Shown in pieces: positions 58,746 to 64,000 of a stretch of 64,000 nucleotides of DNA. The notes under the pieces were generated by a model. That model saw nothing but the letters and a program-made list of their open reading frames with translations, was not told the DNA's origin and made no database searches. This DNA is from Octopus vulgaris. Taxonomy: Eukaryota. Each line of letters opens with the position of its first letter. The first letter of the stretch is position 1. A program made the translations under genes and the position numbers. The stretch is from contig OX597827.1 of assembly GCA_951406725.2 (NCBI GenBank), forward strand, positions 13,144,001 through 13,208,000. Direction: 5' to 3'.

Positions 58746-59155
58746 GATGATGGTGATGATGATGGTGGTGGTGATGGTGGTGGTGGTGATGGTGGTGGTG
58801 GTGGTGGTGGTGGTGATGATAATTGATGATGATGATGAGGAGGAGGAGGAAGAGGATGATGAGAATGATGATGATGAGGAGGAGGAGGAAGATGATGATG
58901 AGGATGATGATGATGATGAGGAGGAGGATGATGATGATGATGAGGAAGATGATGATGATGAGGATGAGGAAGATGATGATGAGGATGAGGAAGATGATGA
59001 TGAGGATGATGATGAGGATGATGAGGATGAGGAAGATGATGATGATGAGGATGAGGAAGATGATGATGATGAGGATGAGGAAGATGATGATGATGATGAG
59101 GAGGAGGAGGAGGAGGAAGGTGATGATGATGAGGATGATGATGATGATGTTGATG
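58746..59155. repeat. (GAT)/(GGT)/(GAG)n trinucleotide expansion from a family D tail
   Basis: Directly follows CCATGCCAGCATGGAAAATGGCCATTAAA. Confidence 0.92.
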
Positions 59156-60057
59156 ACAACAGCAAGAACTAGATAACACGAAATCCTTAAACAAACACAC
59201 CATTGAGTTTTGCTGAAGAAATGAGGGAGGTGAGATACTTGATTTAGGTATTACTGGTATTATTTCATTGATACTAAAAAAGAAAGTTAAAAGCTATAAA
59301 TTTCTTGTGGGGAAAATGAAATTTTATTGCCAAAATCATTTCCTCAAATATCAAAAAAAAAACAAAAAAAAAACTAGAATGACCTAACAAGGAAACCTCT
59401 ACGTCATCACTTGACATGTCAGAAATAACAGCCAAATCTCATTCAAATTACACATCACTCTTTAAATAAATAAAAGAAGGACACATTATATAATGCAGCG
59501 ATATATATATATGAAAAAAAGAAATGAAAAGATGGGTTCGTCATGACTGGAATGTCTTTGATCATAGATCTATTCAATAAAGACTGACCAAAGCTGAACA
59601 TTTATCACAATAACAGCAACAACAATTAATACAATAACATTCTGTTATTCATACACAAATGACAAAGGATTAGAAAAGCAACCCAAATATCAATTAAACA
59701 GGGTGGAAAATAAATTTATTCATTATTTCGTCCATAATAAGAACAAAGTATGATTAAGTGGCTTTCATCCCTCTCCTTAAAGGTAAACAACGATGCAAAT
59801 AACAATAAGATCTTAGGAGGTTCTTAACTTTACATTAACAACAAGAACAAAAATGGTAACTCTAAAACCCTAGATTGAAAAAAAAAACAAACAAAAATGA
59901 AATATTTGAATAAATGAAAATATAAAACTGATCATAAACAAATAATTTTTTGTTTTGTTTTGCCCTATTGTGATTCCGGCCAGGCTGGAGCACTGCCCAA
60001 GTTACTGCCTTATTAAACCCTTTTGGTAACTTATTTCTAAAAAAATAATCTACCTCT

Positions 60058-60153
<96 letters not shown>

Positions 60154-60668
60154 ATGTGTGTGCCTGTAGTTCTTTATTTAATATAATTGTAGCTGACAAC
60201 AAACCTCTACATGGCTATTCAACCTGTTATAAATAACAGCCAAATCTCCCTCAAATTATGCTCTGCTGTTTTCAGAAAAGGCACATTGCATAAGGAAAAA
60301 AGTTGAGATGGTATGTAGGAAAAAGACAGGATGGCCACAAAAGGAATGTCTTTGATGATAAGTCTACTCAATAAGGACCGATCTGGGGCTAAATAATTAC
60401 AGCATTTCATTTTTAAACAATCAATAATTTCTCTATTACTTACGTTGATGTTAGGAACATAACCCAACAAAGATGTTCTTAGATAAATTATGGCAATTGC
60501 ATAAAATTTGCATATAAACACTTTAAAAGGAGTGGCTTTATTTTAAGGGGTGGTCTCACTCCTTAAAATACCAGGTTAATTTTACTTTCAAATTTTAGCA
60601 CAAGGCCAAGAAGTTCAGGGGAGGGGGGCAAGTCGATGTAATCAGCCCCAGTGATCAACTAGTACTTA

Positions 60669-61107
60669 AGAGGGTGGGGATGCTGAAAAGTTCCTGGCTT
60701 TAAGGGTAGCAAGAAAGACCTGTTTGGTGGACCAACATTTCAAGTTCTTTTACAGGGCTTAGAATAAAGGACCACTGCAATAAGTGTGTGAATCTGAGAG
60801 GGGAATATTTTGAATAAAATCAAAATTAACTGATCCTCCTGTATTATCTCCTGTGTGAGTACGGTGTATGGATGTCTAGGGCTTATGCTGTGTTGCCTAC
60901 GGGCATATATATATATGCATGGGGAGCGTAAGGACAGATGAATGAGTGAAGTGAGGGGACAGTGAGGTTGGCTGGGGATGTTTGAATAGGGTAGTGGTGG
61001 TAGTGGTGGTGGTAGAGGCAGTGGTGACAGGGTGTAATTGAGCACTCATGCATATGTGCATAGTAAGAGTGGGAAACTGAGCCAGGAATTTTTCAGCACA
61101 CCCCTCA
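60669..61107. mobile_element. Tc1/mariner MITE inserted at TA inside a SINE B copy
   Basis: TIRs GAGGG..TGCTGAAAAGTTCCTGGCT / AGCCAGGAATTTTTCAGCACACCCCTC; TA on both sides; the host SINE TACTTA|TTTTATCGAC resumes; residual KCVNLRGEYFE*. Confidence 0.8.
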
Positions 61108-61781
61108 TATTTTATCGACTCTGAAAGGATACAAAGCAAACTCAATCACAATGGAATTGGAATGCAGGGCTTAAAGACAGACAAAATGCCACCAAGCATT
61201 TTGTTCAGAGTGCTAACAATTCTGCCAGCTCACCGCCTTATACAATGTTAATACTAAAAAAAAGGGTTAAATCTAACTCCTAAACGCCCTAAACTTTATT
61301 CCTAACACTCTATAAGGCTATTTTTCAATTTCTTCTCAAGATTGATCTACACACAATCGCAATACGGTAACGGTCCACGACCCACCACAGCATGTTTCGT
61401 AACCCCTACACCTTTCAGTTTCCGCCCCTGGCCCCCCCCCCCCCCCACACAGAACGATCCTTAGTTCTAGCATCGCAACACTTTTCTTCTTAGAATCTCT
61501 TCGCAAAGTATTCCGACCCCCCCACCTCCCACCAAGCATCCCCCCTCCTCCAACCACCGCTAACATAATTTTCTCAGTTCAGTTCACTTCGGTTTTCTTC
61601 ATTTTCAATTTATCTCAGTTCTCACCCACCCACCCACACACACACACCTTCATACATATATATATACGCAACTCTATATCTTTATAATTTTTCTTTTACA
61701 ATGATCGTCCCACTCCTAACCATCATTCCACTCCAGTAAATAATTCTTCTTTTTCCCCCCCAACACCGTATCTAATCCCAT

Positions 61782-62012
61782 CGGCGAGCTTGACAGAAAC
61801 GTTAGAACGCCGGGTGAAATGCGTAGCCGTATTTCGTCTGCTGTTATGTTCTGAGTTCAAATTCCGCCGAGGTTGACTTTGCCTTTCATCCTTTCGGGGT
61901 CGATAAATTAAGTACCAGTTACGCACTGGGGGTCGATGTAATCGACTTAATACCTATGTCTGTCCTTGTCTGTCCCCTCTGTATTTAGCTCCTTGTGGGT
62001 AGTAAAGAAATA
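61782..62012 (+). mobile_element. SINE family B with TSD TATCTAATCCCATC
   Basis: Full-length copy with the direct repeat on both sides. Confidence 0.88.
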
Positions 62013-62529
62013 CATATCTAATCCCATCCTCTCTGTCTCTCTCTCTCTCTCTTTCTCTCTCTGACTCTCTTTCTCTCTCTCTATTTCTCTCTCTGTCACT
62101 CTCTCTCTCTCTGTCTCTACCTACCTACCACACCTAACCCTATTCTAAACTTTTCCCCCGCAGTGGAACCTGATCTCAGAGTCACTGTGGTCACTCAATA
62201 AGCTTGAAATAACAACTCTCTACCTACCATACTGTGGAAAAAGAAGGACACAATGAAAATAATACAAGTTTTAAACACACTTCATGTGAAAGCAAGACAA
62301 GATGGTCATGGATGGAATTACTCTCACCATAATTCTGTTCCACCAGAACTGACCTGGTGCTATACAGCAACAATACTTCTCCAATAAGGAAGTGTTTGAA
62401 TATGGTCACCCTCCTTGCTAGAAATAGCAGCTAAATCTCTCTCAAATCAATCTACTGTCTTGCAGGGAAAAGCCAAAACTCATCCGATAATGTTGTCCTA
62501 AGAAGATTATGTCTAAAAAAAACTCACAA

Positions 62530-62950
62530 CGCAGGAGTGGCTGTGTGGTTAGTAGCTTGCTAACCAACCACATGGTTCCGGGTTCAGTCCCACTGTGTGG
62601 CATCTTGGGCAAGTGTCTTCTGCTATAGCCTCGGGCCGATCAATGCCTTGTGAGTGGATTTGGGAGACGGAAACTGAAAGAAGCCTGTCGTATATATGTA
62701 TATATATATATATATATGTAAGTGTGTGTATATGTTTGTGTCTGTGTTTGTTACCCCACCATCGCTTGACAACTGATGCTGGTGTGTTTACGTCCCCGTC
62801 ACTTAGCGGTTCGGCAAAAAGAGACCGATAGAATAAGTACTGGGCTTACAAAGAATAAGTCCCGGGGTCGAGTTGCTCAACTAAAGGTGGTGCTCCAGCA
62901 TGGCCGCAGCCAAATGACTGAAACAAGTAAAAGAGTAAAAAAGAGAGTAA
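62530..62950 (+). mobile_element. SINE family A
   Basis: Full-length match. Confidence 0.9.
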
Positions 62951-63038
62951 CGGCCACATTTGGAATGTCTTCCATCATAGGGCTGCTCAATAGGAACTGT
63001 CTCGAAGTTAAACAATACCATATAATATCAGTATTTCA

Positions 63039-63070
<32 letters not shown>

Positions 63071-64000
63071 TCATATCATACTCTGGCCCTACGAAACACT
63101 TTGTGGCTCAGTTCCCCCGCTCTTACTATGCTCATATGCATGAGTGCTCAATTACACCCTGTCACCACTGCCTCTACCCCTCCCCCACCACTACCACCCC
63201 ATTCAAACATTCCCCCAGCCAACCTCGCTGTCCCCTCCCTTCACTCATTCATTGGTCCTTACGCTCCCCATGCATATATATATATGACCGCAGGCAACAC
63301 AGCATAAGCCCCAGACATCCATACACCGTACACTCACACAGGAGTCCACTGTATAGAAGTAAAGATAAAGATAGAGAAAGATATATATACATACATGAAT
63401 ACGTGTGTGTATGTGTGTGTGTGTGTATGTATACATACATATAGATATAGGTATAATTGTATATGCATATATGTATGTGTGTAAGTGTATATATATATAT
63501 ATATATGTGTGTATGTATATATATATATATGTGTGTGTGTGTATATATACACACACATACACGCATATATATATATATATATACAGACATACATGCATTT
63601 ATATATACCTATTAAATATGTGTGTGTGTGTGTACATATATATACATATACATAATGCTCATATATATGCATATATGTGTGTGTGTGTGTGTATATATAT
63701 ATATACACAGACACATACACGCATTTATATATACCTATTAAATATGTGTGTGTGTGTGTGTACATATATATACATATACATAATGCTTATATAGGGAGAG
63801 AAAGAAAGAAATTGAGAAAGAGAGGGAGAGAAAGAAAGAGATTGAGAAAGAGAGGGAGAGAAAGAAAGAGATTGAGAGAGAGAGAGAGAGAGAGAGAGAG
63901 CAAAACAGAAAGACATGAGAGGCAGGCAGAAGCTTTCCAAAGTATTTAATAAACAAAATAACGCCATAAAATAAAATAAAATAAAAATAAAAAATAAAAT

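Noticed and set aside
58537-59172. 211-aa acidic ORF
   Set aside because: Retroposon tail plus GAT/GAG expansion, with no coding-like unique part.
63590-63790. ~125-bp local tandem duplication
   Set aside because: Microsatellite-mediated duplication with no functional signal.

Overview
This is very AT-rich, repeat-dominated eukaryotic DNA. Its tRNA-derived SINE families and extreme microsatellite load look like an octopus (coleoid cephalopod) genome; that assignment is my inference. No intact protein-coding gene is supportable: the ORF track is essentially microsatellite and SINE read-through. The window holds dozens of copies of at least four SINE families, a non-autonomous Helitron, hAT and Tc1/mariner MITEs, and decayed Helitron-helicase, R4-type LINE, CR1-type LINE and mariner transposase fragments. 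The main unexplained signal is a set of type I hammerhead ribozyme motifs with palindromic minimal stem III. They lie in elements inserted into (TA)n tracts: a ~360-bp tandem-plus-inverted array (retrozyme-like, unusual U3-A8 core), a 1.5-kb near-perfect palindrome with a hammerhead on each arm, and several unrelated solo copies. Together these point to a Penelope-like/retrozyme self-cleaving RNA system. A candidate 15-nt microexon and a CpG-rich candidate first exon are noted at low confidence. Repeat boundaries were read by eye and are approximate.
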